From NCBI RefSeq assembly GCF_009914755.1, contig NC_060928.1: 64,000 nucleotides of DNA. The stretch is one strand, 5' to 3'. Under the pieces are notes generated by a model. That model made no database searches, had not been told where the DNA came from, and saw nothing but the letters and a program-made list of their open reading frames with translations. Origin of the DNA: the human T2T-CHM13v2.0 reference genome, Homo sapiens. Position numbers and translations under genes: made by a program. Of this stretch, positions 1-13,357 are shown in pieces. How positions within the stretch are numbered: position 1 is the first letter of the stretch; every line of letters begins with the position of its first letter.

Positions 1-1029
1 TAGATGAGCTTATAAATTAATAAGATTTTTACATTAAATGAGATTTTGTTCCAAAAATATTCTGCCATTTGCCCATTATGCTTTCACATATCTAGGCACA
101 CAGCTAGGATAGGCTTATTAATGTATAAATAAAATCAAATATTTTATATTGACAACTCTCATTTTATAGTGGCAATAAAAAAATAGATATTTGTGAAGTC
201 TTAAGCTGATTACTTACGAGATCCTTCAGTATTAAAAAAGAGAATAAACTTGTCACACTGCTAATACTGTGATGCTAAGACTGATGGCATTCATGAGTAC
301 ACAAAAGATAAAGAAAAATTTGAAACAAAATTAATTAAAACACATTTGTTAGACATTTCTTAGTTTCCTGGGCAAGGTATACCTTGAGAGGTTGCTAGAA
401 GCAACGGGAAAAGATAAAAGGATTCCTCTTATATTCTATAAATGATAAAATTTGTGAATAAGTCAATAACATCACAATTGAAGGTATCATTTTTCTCTAA
501 TTGATATGTCACATAAGATGAATTATTGTTTTTCACTAATTGCATATGCTATCCAGACATTATTGGACTTCCTGAAATTCTATAAAGATTTTCAACTATC
601 CTCACGTTATCTTTCAAATATCCTAGCTTTTAGTAAATATTAAAAGTATAGTCATACTTTTTTTTTAAAAAAAAAGCATAGGTACATATATGACAGTGAT
701 TTGGGAATGACTAATTTTTTTGCTAGACAATATCTAGCGCTGTATGCTTTGAAAATATTATTGTATGTTCTTTACAATTTTATAAAGTAACAACATAAAG
801 AGTGTACTGGGGACTCCCATATTAGTTTATGCCAATGAAGGAAGAAAACCATCCAGTGGAATTTAATACCCAAAACAAATTCATTCAAAAGAATTATGTT
901 TTTCCACTAGTTTATCAGTACTTGAAACCTTGTCAGAACTATTTATAAAATATATTCTCTTCTTTTTTGTTTATGAATACCCAGCCTTATTTCCAAAATA
1001 GTTTTTCATTATTAAAAAATAAAATATTA

Positions 1030-1145
1030 TTTTTATACAGTAAAATTCACTCATTTTAATACAGCATACAAAAAATTATGACAGATTCATATAAATTCAC
1101 TGCCACAATCAAGATATAGAACAGTTTCATCACTCTAAAAAATCC
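1030..1145 (-). mobile_element. Old L1M (L1MB/MC-like) 3' end fragment
   Basis: ATACAGTAAAATTCACTCATTTTAA...CACAATCAAGATATAGAACAGTTTCATCAC resembles the antisense L1M 3' terminus. Confidence 0.55.
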
Positions 1146-1298
1146 AGAAAAGGTTTAAGATGCCTTACCTTGGCACATAAAACAGAGCACATAAATTAAA
1201 ACTGGAAAATAACTTAGAAAAAATGATAGAAAAAAATAAAGTGAAGAAAGCAATAAGGTTAAGAATGCTACTGCAAAACCAATAGCTGTCCACAACAT

Positions 1299-1397
1299 AT
1301 ATACATATGCCACATTTTCTTTATTCACTTGTTGATTGATGGGCATTTGGGCTGGTTCCATATTTTTGCAATTGGGAATTGTGCTGCTATAACCATT
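1299..1397 (-). mobile_element. L1PB-like ORF2-end fragment
   Basis: CCACATTTTCTTTATTCACTTGTTGATTGATGGGCATTTGGGCTGGTTCCATATTTTTGCAATTG matches the antisense L1 ORF2 end. Confidence 0.75.
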
Positions 1398-2038
1398 AGA
1401 GCAACTCATAAAAGAACAACCTTGCCCTAAGAAAGGAGAAAACAACAGCTAACTCTACCGCCTGTAACATCCTGGCTAACCAGAGGTCCTGAGTCTATCC
1501 CATGTGACAACTTTACTGCAAGCACAACCAGCATTAGTGAAAACCAGTGCAGCAATCAAAACTACAACCAGGGTCCCACCTCAATCCCCTCCTACCTCTA
1601 CTGGAACAGGTACTGGTATCCATGCCTGAGAGAACTGAAGACAGATCACATCACATGACTCTTTGCAGATACTCCCTTATACCAGCCCAGAACCCCGTAG
1701 CTCTGCTGGGTGGCTAGACCCAGAAGAGCAATAACAATCAGTGCAGTCCTTCTCTCAGGAAGCCCCATCCCTAGTGGAAGGAGGAGAGCACCACATCAAG
1801 GGATCACCCCGTGGGACAAAAGAATCTGAACAGCAGCCCTTGAGCCCAAGATCTTTCCTTTGACATAATCTACCCCAATGAGAAAGAACCCAGAAAAACA
1901 ATTCTGGTAATTTAACAAAACAAGTTTCTTTAACACCCCCAAAAGATCAAAAAACTCACCAGCAATGGATCCAAACCAAGAAGAAATCTCTGAATTGCCA
2001 GAAAAAGAATTTAGGAGGCTGATTATTAAGCTACTCAA
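1398..2038 (+). mobile_element. L1PB/L1PBa-like partial 5'UTR and start of ORF1
   Basis: CCTGGCTAACCAGAGGTCCTGAGTC and GGGACAAAAGAATCTGAACAGCAGCCCTTGAG are 5'UTR motifs; ORF1-like peptide MDPNQEEISELPEKEFRRLIIKLL from 1965. Confidence 0.75.
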
Positions 2039-2564
2039 AATACAAGACCATGTTAATGTAGACTGAGAGTGTATTAAAGTTTAAGGATCTATGTACATCC
2101 ATTGATTCATGAGTTTACAATTAAGGAAACTAATTAGTGCTTTTTCCAAAATAAGATTTCAAGATATGGGCAATTGATTTCCAATAATGTCATAGTAAAA
2201 ATAACCTATTTGTTTTAAAACCAATTATGGAATCTTAAATAAAGATTTAAATCTTAAAGTCTAATTATGGAATCTTAAATCAAGTCTCAGTTCTTCACTT
2301 TTAAAATTAGAGAATAAGCAACATTTTAATCAAATTTATCAAAAGAGTCATAATATTAGAAATTCATGCATTATGTCATAAAATAAACAGATGAACTAAA
2401 GATATGTTGTTTATCTAGATTTTTTTTACTTATTTTTGGGATTTTAAAAAAGATAACTATACCTCGATTTTAGATTATACTGATTAGAATGAAAAGTACG
2501 TATTTATTTACCAAATTTTTGTTTTCTTGGAACACTTTTCACTAAATAATACAAGTAAAATCTT

Positions 2565-2610
2565 TCTCTCTGTCTCTGTGTGTGTGTGTGTGTGTGTACA
2601 CACACATATA
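2565..2610. repeat. (TC)n(TG)n(CA)n microsatellite
   Basis: Read directly from the sequence. Confidence 0.9.
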
Positions 2611-3644
2611 TGTTGGTCTTTATTAACAAAGGAAGAAACTCCTAGAGAGAAGAAATGTTCTGAGGGCTTTACTATATGACACACTTGAAGACAGGCCAAT
2701 TAATCACCAAGCGTGCTGAGTAAAGCAATTGCTTTGAGTATTATAATCACTTTATGTAAGGATTATCAAATATATTGGCAATTATATGCAAGAAGCTTAT
2801 TTTTAAGATTTACTTTTTCTTTAAAATACACAATAAAGTTCCATTTGCTTCAATTTTCTAATTATGCTTGAGCGATTATATGCTAGTAATAGGAAACTAA
2901 CCTTTCTTTTAATTGGCAAGTTTGAAATTTAAGTATTTAATTGATGCTTCATAGTAAAATTGACTGATAGTTGATTTTCAAACAATTTTTAAGGAATGAA
3001 ATAAGTCTCCATTACTAGCGAAGTGTAATTAATGTTTAATCAGTATTTTCACTTTTGCCAAAATATGCTTATATACTAGAACATACATTATGTAACTACA
3101 ATGTTAAAGCTTCCAAAACAGGCACAGAAAAAATGTTGAATAATCAAAACTAGAATGGCAAAATATAAAATACAAATGCATGAATGAGCCATACTTTTTC
3201 CTCAGCACCTGTTATTAAAAATAGAATAAATCTTTTCCTGTTTGAATCTCTTAAAAAATGAGTCATGCTGAGTAGCAGAATATTCTACCTAAATGAGAGT
3301 GTTTAAGCACTAAAACTTTTAGGATACATTTTAGTCATTTGGAAGAGATCCTTTCTGTAACTTTTATACTTCACTGTTTTTATAGCAAAGTTAACTCCGT
3401 TTAACTTTTAACTTTTCCTTGGTCACTACAGATTATCATTATGTTGGGGTTTCTTTTTTACCTGCCTCATGTATTTCATATTTAAATTCTTGGTTTTAAA
3501 ACAAATAGGTTATTTTTACTATGACATTATTGGAAATTGCCCATATCTTGAAATATATGTTCATTTTAAACAAAGTTCTAAACCAAATTTTGGGAATATC
3601 ACACAACTCCTTTGGCAATGGTTGGTTGTACATTCATTTATGTA

Positions 3645-3885
3645 TAGTAGGCCTGCCCTTATTGTGGGAGATACATCCCAAGACCCCTAGTGGATGCTTG
3701 AAACTGTGGATGATACCAAAGCTTATATGCATGCTTTTTCCTAATCATACATATAATAAAGTTTAATTTTTAAATTAGGAACAGTAAAAGATTAACAACC
3801 ATAATTAATAATAAAATAGAAACAATTAGAACAATATACTGTAATAAAAGTTATATTAATGTGGTCTCTCTCACTCTTTCTCTCT
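3645..3885. mobile_element. TcMar-Tigger DNA transposon fragment (MER44/Tigger7-like), one end only
   Basis: TA + TAGTAGGCCTGCCCTTATTGTGGGAGATACATCCCAAGACCCCTAGTGGATGCTTGAAAC...GATTAACAAC...TACTGTAATAAAAGTTAT. Confidence 0.75.
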
Positions 3886-5624
3886 GTTGAGAATGACTGC
3901 TTTGTGAATCAGTGTTTCTGATGGAAATATGTCTTAATCCTTTTAAATAACTGGAGGCTAAAAACCAGAACTATTAGTTTAGGTTCTGTATTAGACTGTT
4001 CTCATGCTGCTGATAAAGACATACCCAAGACTGGGCAATTTATAAAAGAAAGAGGTTTATTGGACTCACAGCTCCACATGGTTGGGAAGGCCTCACAATC
4101 ATGGGAGAAGGCAAGGAGGAGCAAGTCATGTCTTACATGGATGGCAGCAGGCAAAGAGAGAGAGCTTGTGCAGGGGAACTCCTCTTTATGAAACCATCAG
4201 ATCTCATGAGACTTAGTCACTACCATGAAAATAGCAGGAGAAAGACCCACCCCCATGATTCAGTTACCTCCCACTGGGTCCCTCCCATGACACATTGGAA
4301 TTGTGGGAGTTACAATTCAAGATGAGATTTGGGTGGGGACACAGGCAAACCATATCATTCCACTTCTAGCCCCTCCAAATCTCATGTCCTCATATTTCAA
4401 AACCAATCATGCCTTCCCAGCAGTCTCCCAAAGTCTTAACTCATTTCAGCATTAACTCAAAAGTCCACAGTCCAAAGTCTCATCTGAGATAAGGCAAGTC
4501 CCTTCCACCTATGAGCCTGTAAAATCAAAAGCAAGTTAGTTACTACCTAGATACAATGGGGTACAGGCACTGGGTAAATACAGCAATTCCAAATGGGATA
4601 AACTGGCAAAAACAAAGGGGCTACAGGCCCCATGCAAGTCCAAAATCCAGGGAGGGCAGTCAAATCTTAAAGCTCCAAAATGATCTCCTTTGACTCCATG
4701 TCTCACATCCAGGTCACAATGATGCAAGAGGTGGGTTCCCATGGTCTTGGGCAGCTCTACCCCTGTGGCTTTGCAGGGTATGGCCTCCCTCCTGGCTGCT
4801 TTCATGGGCTGGCATTGAGTGTCTGCAGCTTTTTCCAGGTGCATGGTGCAAGATGTCAGTGGATCTACCATTCTGAGATCTGGAGGACAGAGGCCCTCTT
4901 CTCACAGCTCCACTAGGCAGTGTCCCAGTAGGGACTTTGTGTGGAGTTCCTTCTGCACTGCCCTAGCAGAGGTTTTCCATGTGGGCCACACCCCTGCAGA
5001 AAACTTGTGCCTGGGCATCCAGACATTTCTATACATCTGAAATCTAGGTGGAGGTTCTCAAACCCCAATTCTTGACTTATCTGGACTCTCAGACTCAGCA
5101 CCATGTGGAAGCTGCCAAGGCTTGGGGCTTGCACCCTCTGAAGCCATGGCCTGAGCTGTACATTGGCCCCTTTCAGCTACAGCTAGAGCAGCTGGGACAC
5201 AGGGTACCAAGAGGAGGGGAACCCTGGGCCCGGCCCATGAAACCACTTTTTCATCCTAGGACTCCAGACCTGTGATGGGAGGGACTGCCATGAAGACCTC
5301 TCTCATGGCCTGGAGACCTTTTCCCCTTTGTCTTGGGGATTAACATTCAGCTCCTCATTATGCAAATTTCTGCAGCAGGCTTGAATTTCTCCTCAGAAAA
5401 TGAGATTTTCTTTTCTATCACATTGTCAGGCTGCAAACAAACTTTTATGCTCTGCTTCCCTTATAAAACTGAATGCCTTTACCAGCACCCAAGTCACCTC
5501 TTTAATGCTTGGTTGCTTAGAAATTTCTTCTTCCAGGTGCCCTAAATCATCTCTTTCAAGTTCAACGTTTCACACATCTCTAGGGCAGGGGCAAAATGCC
5601 ACCAATCTCTTTGCTAAAACATAG

Positions 5625-6086
<462 letters not shown>

Positions 6087-6441
6087 ACTTTCCCACATTT
6101 TTAAATCTTTTTCTGAGCCCTCCAAACTGTTCCAACCTCTGCCTGTTAACCAGTTCCAAAGTTGCTTCCATACTTTCAGGTATCTTTTCAGTAACGGTCC
6201 ACTCTACTGGTACCAATTTACTGTATGACTCTATTCTCACACTGCTGATAAAGACATACCCGCGACTGGGCAATTTACCAAAAAAAAAAAAAAAGTTGAT
6301 TGGAATCACAGTTCCATGTGGCTGGGGAGGCCTCACAATCATGGCAGAAGGCAAGGAACAGCAATTCACGTCTTGGATGGAGGCAGGGAAAGACAGAGAG
6401 CTTGTGCAGGGGAACTCCTCTTTATAAAACCATCAGATCTC

Positions 6442-6741
6442 AGCCGGGTGTGGTGGCTCATGCCTGTAATCCCAGCAATTTGGGAGGCCGAGGCAGGTGG
6501 ATCATGAGGTCAGGAGGTCAAGACCATCCTGGCTAACACGGTGAAACCCCGTCTCTACTAAAAATACAAAAAATTAGCCAGTTGTGGCGGCGGGCGCCTG
6601 TAGTCCCAGCTATTCAGGAGGCTGAGGCAGGAGAATGGTGTGAACCCAGGAGGCAGAGCTTGCAGTGAGCCAACATCGCCCACTGCACTCCAGCCTGGGC
6701 GACAGAGCGAGACTCCATCAAAAACAAACAAACAAACAAAA
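6442..6741 (+). mobile_element. AluY inserted in the THE1 5' LTR
   Basis: Y diagnostics GACCATCCTGGCTAACACGGTG and GAATGGTGTGAACCC...GAGCTTGCAG; (AAAC)n tail; TSD ATCAGATCTC at 6432-6441 and 6742-6751. Confidence 0.95.
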
Positions 6742-8442
6742 ATCAGATCTCATGAGGCTTATTCACTATCACGAGAACAGCACGAGAAAGACCCACACTA
6801 TGATTCAGTTACCTCCCACTGGGTCCCTCCCACAGCATGTGGGAATTGTGAGAATTACAATTCAAGATGAGATTTGGGTGGGGACACAGCCAAACCATGT
6901 CAGGCTCCCAACATTACTTGTCTTTTGCAACAACTAATTTTACCCCCAGCCTCCATTCTCAACATACTCCTCCCCATCCTTATTCCCACTCTCAGCCTAC
7001 CCTCCAGACAGCTACCGGATACTTCCAAAACTCAAAACGATAAGTTATAAAGTATAGTTTATTTTTTAAATCCCTATTGCTTTTTTTATAAACTTGATGA
7101 AACTTACCTTGAGAAATATGACCTCAACATATGGTCATGCCAAAAACAAATGTGTAGTCATAATTTACCTAAATCTATACTATGAATGAGAATGTATTCA
7201 CATATTTAATTTCAAAAAAGAAAAATAGTAACTTAAAGTAAAATATAGATTTAAAGTACATTAGAAACCTGGAAAAAATAGAATAAATCTCTAATACATA
7301 ATGACCAGTACATTGAATCATTGGAAATCTATTAGATAAAAAAGGTGCTAGGTGCTATTTGCATGATGTCGTAATTAACTTTGCACAGACATAGTCGTAG
7401 TGGGTAAGGTTATATTGCCCTTGAGAGAACCAGGTAGATCATAGTTATTTTTGTTGTTAAAGAGTTTTAAACACGTGAACTAGTTTCATTGATAATATTC
7501 AAACAAATGTATTTAGCCATTTCTTCTACTTATAATTTCATTTACCAGTGGAGAGAAAACAAGTTATTGTCACCTGTGCATTAGTCAGGTGGTCATTTTG
7601 CTCTCACAAGATAAGGACATGAGTGGAGGAATTATTACATGTTGTCTTTAGTATTTTTTTCACTGTAGTAGCTTATGCTTTTGTGATGTCTTTTACTAAT
7701 GTATTCAAAAGAGAAAGGAAATTTCTGCTTGTAATACTTTCTGAAAAGACCACATTGGTTGGTTTTTAAACAAGTTAATCTAAGAAGAAAACACCTGTCT
7801 CTTGTTAAATAATGAGTGATATTTTTCTGTGAATTCATTTGAAGAAATAATGCTAATCTGTACAGCCATGATTCATTTCTTGTTGTCTATTTCTTCCCAT
7901 TTGAAACAAATAAAAGCTTCCTGTTGTTGAGATTCCTGGAAAGGAAAGACAAGTGATTGTTCACTTGCCTGTGGAGATTTTCTTCATAAAGAAGAACTCA
8001 AAATGTACTTGGTGATGATTGACTGACTTAAAGAATAGGGTAGCAGTGTTGTAAGAGTCACTACCTCATATGTAAGTTTTAAGCCTAAATGAGGTAAACC
8101 ATTAGGTGGTGGCTCCTTCAGTTTTCTCTCATGTTTGCTTGTGAACTAATGACAATTTTGAGCATAGATCTTAACTGTAAATTATTTTAAGGAAAGTTAC
8201 TTATTGTCATTGCTTTCACAATTACTTCTACATGAATAACTTCTTATCGCATAACCTCTTTTCATGCCTAAGCAGTTCAGATAATTCCTATGCAGTAAAA
8301 GCACTTTACATGAATAATTTTATGTCAGGCTACTGAGAAATTGAAGAGCTATTCATAGGATCTTTTTACCTATCAAGTAAAACAATTATAACTATTCTCT
8401 AAAAAATGGAAAAATATCAGTTTTATGCTCAACCTAAATTTA

Positions 8443-8712
<270 letters not shown>

Positions 8713-9037
8713 GCAACCTATATTTAAAAAGAACACCTCAAGAATGATTAGACAGCAACTACTGATTAGAATTCTTGCATTTTATTCTTTCCAGTTCATA
8801 TGTGATATTGAGCAAATCATTTGAACTCATTTCCATTTAACTATGTCTAGAGAGTATATATTGTACAAGTTGTGAAATAAAATATATATACATAAAGAAA
8901 ATGAGTCACTTTTCCAGCTTATCAACTACCGTCTGCAAATGAATACTTTTCAGCTGTTCATGGGGGCTTTCACTATTGCATAGACGTGTGTGTAGTTTAT
9001 TGAGAAACTCAAAGCAACTACTATTCTTAAAAAATAA

Positions 9038-9429
<392 letters not shown>

Positions 9430-10740
9430 CATATCCTACTTCTTATACATTGTAGTTTGCATCCCAACACAATGGACTGCTTGTGGTCCCTGTGCTGTGA
9501 TATGCAAATGACGCCCTGCACATGCTGCCACCTCTCTGCTGTCTCTATTAGAATGGGGTCTCTTAGGGAAGGATCTAGGCCTTAATCATTTTGAATCTTC
9601 GTCATAATTCCTCCACAGAGAGGCTCAGCATTTTTCCACCCCAGCGTATCTGTTGGACTTCTTTCTGTCATCAGTGTCTGTGCCTCTTTACCATAGTAAG
9701 TCTTGGTGGAGATCAGAAAAGCTGGGTCTCTCTAGATCAAAGATAAAGGAACCAAATCAGAAACTGAAGTCAGAGCTCTTATGAAATTTGACAATGCCCT
9801 GAAGGTAGATTCTGAGGGGATAGGGTTGGAGAATCACTGGCTGTATATATTATGTGGATTCAATAAGGATTTGTTGATGACTTCATAAAAGACGAGATGC
9901 CTGTTCTAATAATAACACATGATTAAATCTATCATGACTTTGAAAATGGCTTTACTGTTTTGCTTGAGTTTTTTTCATGCTAACTCTGGATAGCCTCTAT
10001 TTTTTGGTATTTGCTGTCGTTATAATTTTTATTAGTAATTGTTGATTATTTACCAGATATGATCTTGAATTTTTCTTTAGAATTGTTTAAACATTAATGA
10101 ATCTAACTGTAAAGGAGTAGATACAAATTTCAAAAGAAAACAAAATACAAAAGGATAAAAAAATACAAAGAAGTATTTCAACATGGAGCAGTTAGTACCC
10201 CTTCTATATTTGGGGCTTTGGTAATTGAACCATGTGATTTTGTGGTAGAATTGTTTTCCCCTTATCTTTAGCATTTCTAAAGTTCAGCATTCACAGCCTT
10301 CCCTTTCTTTCCTGTCCTGTCAATTTGGCTTTTCCTTTGCTTCTCAGGCATAGCACCCCTTTACTTCTCCAAAGAACTGAAGAGATTTCTCAGAAGCCCT
10401 TGCCTTTTATCCTTACATGGCCAAATCAAGTGAAATTAGAGACTTTCCTTCTTTCAGTTCCTCAAAAGCCTTGTGCCTACAGAGAATTTAAGCAAGGTAA
10501 ATTAAAACATAGGAAAATCAGAGTTTTGGTTACAACTCTGGTGTCTTAGAAGGATATTCACATTTTATTATGTATGAAGACTAATGTTTCAAAGTATCAA
10601 TTGTTTAATTTTAAACAAATATTGGAATTAAGTACCCTACAAAAAGGTGTTTCTAAAGGATCCTGGGTGTTAATTTGGGGATTATATTTTCTCCGAACTT
10701 AACGCAAATTTTAGGCAGAGTATGGGGAAAAAATAAAGCA

Positions 10741-10880
10741 TAATTTAAACTGAGACTTGGTTTCCTCTCCGATAAAGTAGAAAGAACTGTAGCAATTACC
10801 TAATTGATTTGTGTGAGGATAGAAAGTGAGATTATAAAATAGTTCACAGAAAGTTTAGCAGAATTAAATATTCAATAAAT
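10741..10880 (+). mobile_element. MIR fragment
   Basis: GGTTTCCTCTCCGATAAAGT...GTGTGAGGAT...TTCAATAAAT resembles the MIR core and 3' end. Confidence 0.5.
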
Positions 10881-11142
10881 ATCATCAATGTGATCATTAT
10901 CCTCATCCTCATTTTCATGTTACCTTTTATAACAGTTTATTTTTTACACAAGCCAAATGATAAACCAAGAAAACATCTGCATGTTTGTTCCAAATAGTCA
11001 CACTACTAGAAAAAAAAACCCAACAACATATTTTCTTTTCTAGATTAAGTTTCACTATCATGTCAATGAATTCCCAGTTCTTAATGGATTGGTTAATTTT
11101 CTCCTTCATGTTCAACTTGTGTATCAGGATCTATGTCATTAT

Positions 11143-11184
11143 CAATGTTAAATAATTAATGTCAAATTATTAATGTTAAATAAT
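11143..11184. repeat. Three copies of a 14-bp tandem unit (TAATGTTAAATAAT)
   Basis: CAATGTTAAATAAT TAATGTCAAATTAT TAATGTTAAATAAT. Confidence 0.75.
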
Positions 11185-11890
11185 GTATTGTCATACTTGT
11201 TAGCGATTTTATTTTCACAGTCACCTCTTATGGGCTTTGTGACTTTACGAAAATCGCTGGATCACAGCCATCTATTAATATGAAAAGGCATAGCCTTCTA
11301 GAACATTTGGCAAATAGAAGAGTGAGGATGATGTAATGATGTTTAGAAAAGGTATCTTGATCTTTATTTTTCAATTCTGTTTCATTTCCACCTTTGCACC
11401 TTATGGGCAAGTAGGGTAGCATGAATTTTCTGAAACAATTTTTTTTTACTAACTTTTACACTATTGTCTTGTGTTGTACTTATTAGTAATAAAATAGCAA
11501 GGGGTAACGAGCAACAATTTCTAGGTTTAAAAACTTGTCAGAGCTAAAAATCACATTAAATCCCATTGGAAATTAATTTCTGAGTCCCCTAGTATGTGAC
11601 TATTGCTTATGATAAAATTGAGCACATGGCAGGTACACACAAAGCAACACCTATGATTCTTTCCTCTCTGTATATGTGCATGTGTGTCTGTGTGTGTGTC
11701 TACATTTACATACACATATGTTTCTGAAATGGAAATCTTTGTTGTAGGACTGACTGCCATTAAATGCAGATGTGTGAAACAAAATCATCTAAACTCTTTT
11801 TGCCAAATGATTCTTGGCAAAGGTAATATTGTACATCTTCCTCTGCCATATTTAACATATTTTTTGAACCAAGGAAAGTAGGACTCATTT

Positions 11891-11900
11891 ATTTGTTTGT

Positions 11901-11931
<31 letters not shown>

Positions 11932-12216
11932 TTTTTGAGACAGAGTCTTGCTCTATCGCTCAGGCTGGAGTGCAGTGGCACGATCTTGGCTCACTGCAAC
12001 CTCCGCCTCCTGGGTTCCAGGGATTCTCCTGCCTTAGCCTCCCGAGTGGCTGTGATTACAGGCACATGCCACTATACACAGCTAATTTTTTATGTTTTTA
12101 GTAGAGACAGGGTTTCGCCATGCCTGGGCTGGTCTTGAATGCCTGACCTCAAGTGATCCACTAGCCTCAGCCTCCCAAAGTGCTGGGATCATAGGCATGA
12201 GCCTTGGCACCTGGCT
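11891..12216 (-). mobile_element. AluS with (TTTA)n tail
   Basis: Full dimer, antisense. Confidence 0.95.
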
Positions 12217-12299
12217 AGAACTCTTTTCAGAAAGCTCTTTCTAATGAGTTTAGGATATTTTATATGTATTATAACATTATTATATATTATATATAAACA

Positions 12300-12300
<1 letters not shown>

Positions 12301-12338
<38 letters not shown>
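12301..12338. repeat. (TA)19 microsatellite
   Basis: Read directly from the sequence. Confidence 0.95.
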
Positions 12339-12340
<2 letters not shown>

Positions 12341-12364
12341 ATATATTGTATAGTTATACAGTGG

Positions 12365-12409
12365 TAGATAGATAGGTAGATGGATAGATAGATAGATAGA
12401 TAGATAGAT
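12365..12409. repeat. (GATA)n tetranucleotide STR
   Basis: TAGATAGATAGGTAGATGGATAGATAGATAGATAGATAGATAGAT. Confidence 0.95.
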
Positions 12410-12504
12410 CCATAATCAGCAGTTAAAAGGTGGTCCAAGAAGAATTTTGTATGGTGCATCCTTTACTATGTTCTTTAGAGGAATGCTGATAAGTTTAGTA
12501 GCAA

Positions 12505-12965
12505 GAATGATAACTACAATTATGCCAGGTTATCTGCTTAGTATATTTCACATATTAGTTCCTTTACTATTCACAATAATTCTATGACAGGGACTAGCAA
12601 ACTTCTTCTGTAAAAGACCAGATAGTCAATATTTTAGGTTTTGCAGGCTACATGTGATCCCTATTGCTACCAGTGTTGGAAGTACTTCTGCTGCAGCTGC
12701 TCCTCCTCCTCTTTCTCTTTCTATAACTACTTCTGTATGTTTTTTTCTTCTAAACTTTTAAAAATAGAGGAAACATTCTTCTATGACAGACCACACATAC
12801 TCAGGCCATGGCCAGCTTTTGTCTGGAGACCATGGTTTGCTGACCCCTACTCTATGAAATATCTATCAATAGCCCTATGTTATAGATAGGGATGCAGAAC
12901 CCCCAAGAGGCTAACCAACTTGCCCAGCATGCCTCAGTTAAAGATAGTGTTTTGAACCTCAGGCA
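12505..12965 (-). mobile_element. MIR split by MER58
   Basis: TTCACAATAATTCTATGA on the left continues as ...TTATAGATAGGG...GAGGCTAACCAACTTGCCCAG on the right. Confidence 0.6.
12588..12849. mobile_element. MER58 (hAT-Charlie non-autonomous element)
   Basis: Terminal inverted repeats CAGGGACTAGCAAAC / GTTTGCTGACCCCTA; 8-bp TSD TTCTATGA / CTCTATGA. Confidence 0.85.
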
Positions 12966-13104
12966 ACAATATGCTCTTTAAATACCAGCTTCTTATTCAC
13001 CAAGCTGAAGTACCCTATGTCTCAGAAGGGATTTGATTAACCATGCTAGTATTGTCTTGTTTGTCTCAGAGGCAGCAACTGTGAGATAGTGATGATACAG
13101 GCAA

Positions 13105-13357
13105 TGATGATGACAATAGTTCAACATTTGGGTGCTTATTATGTGACAAGCACCCTGCTTCTTATATATGATTAAAAAAAAAATATCCTCACCACAATCC
13201 TATGAAAAGGGATTGTTTGCTTTTTATAGATGAAGAAACTGAAGCTGAGAGATCAATATATCCAGGCCACAGAGTTCATGGGTTATGTAACTGCAATTAG
13301 CGCACAAGTCTTGCATCTCTAGAACCTGTCTTCAATGCCATGGCACGACACTGCCTT
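13105..13357 (-). mobile_element. MIR, near full length
   Basis: CCTCACCACAATCCTATGA...TTTTATAGATGAAGAAACTGAAGCTGAGAGA. Confidence 0.8.

Noticed and set aside
1155-1445. 96-aa hydrophobic minus-strand ORF with a donor-like AAG|GTAAGG near its end
   Set aside because: The N-terminal half is L1 sequence and the hydrophobicity comes from T-rich codons. It resembles no known protein.
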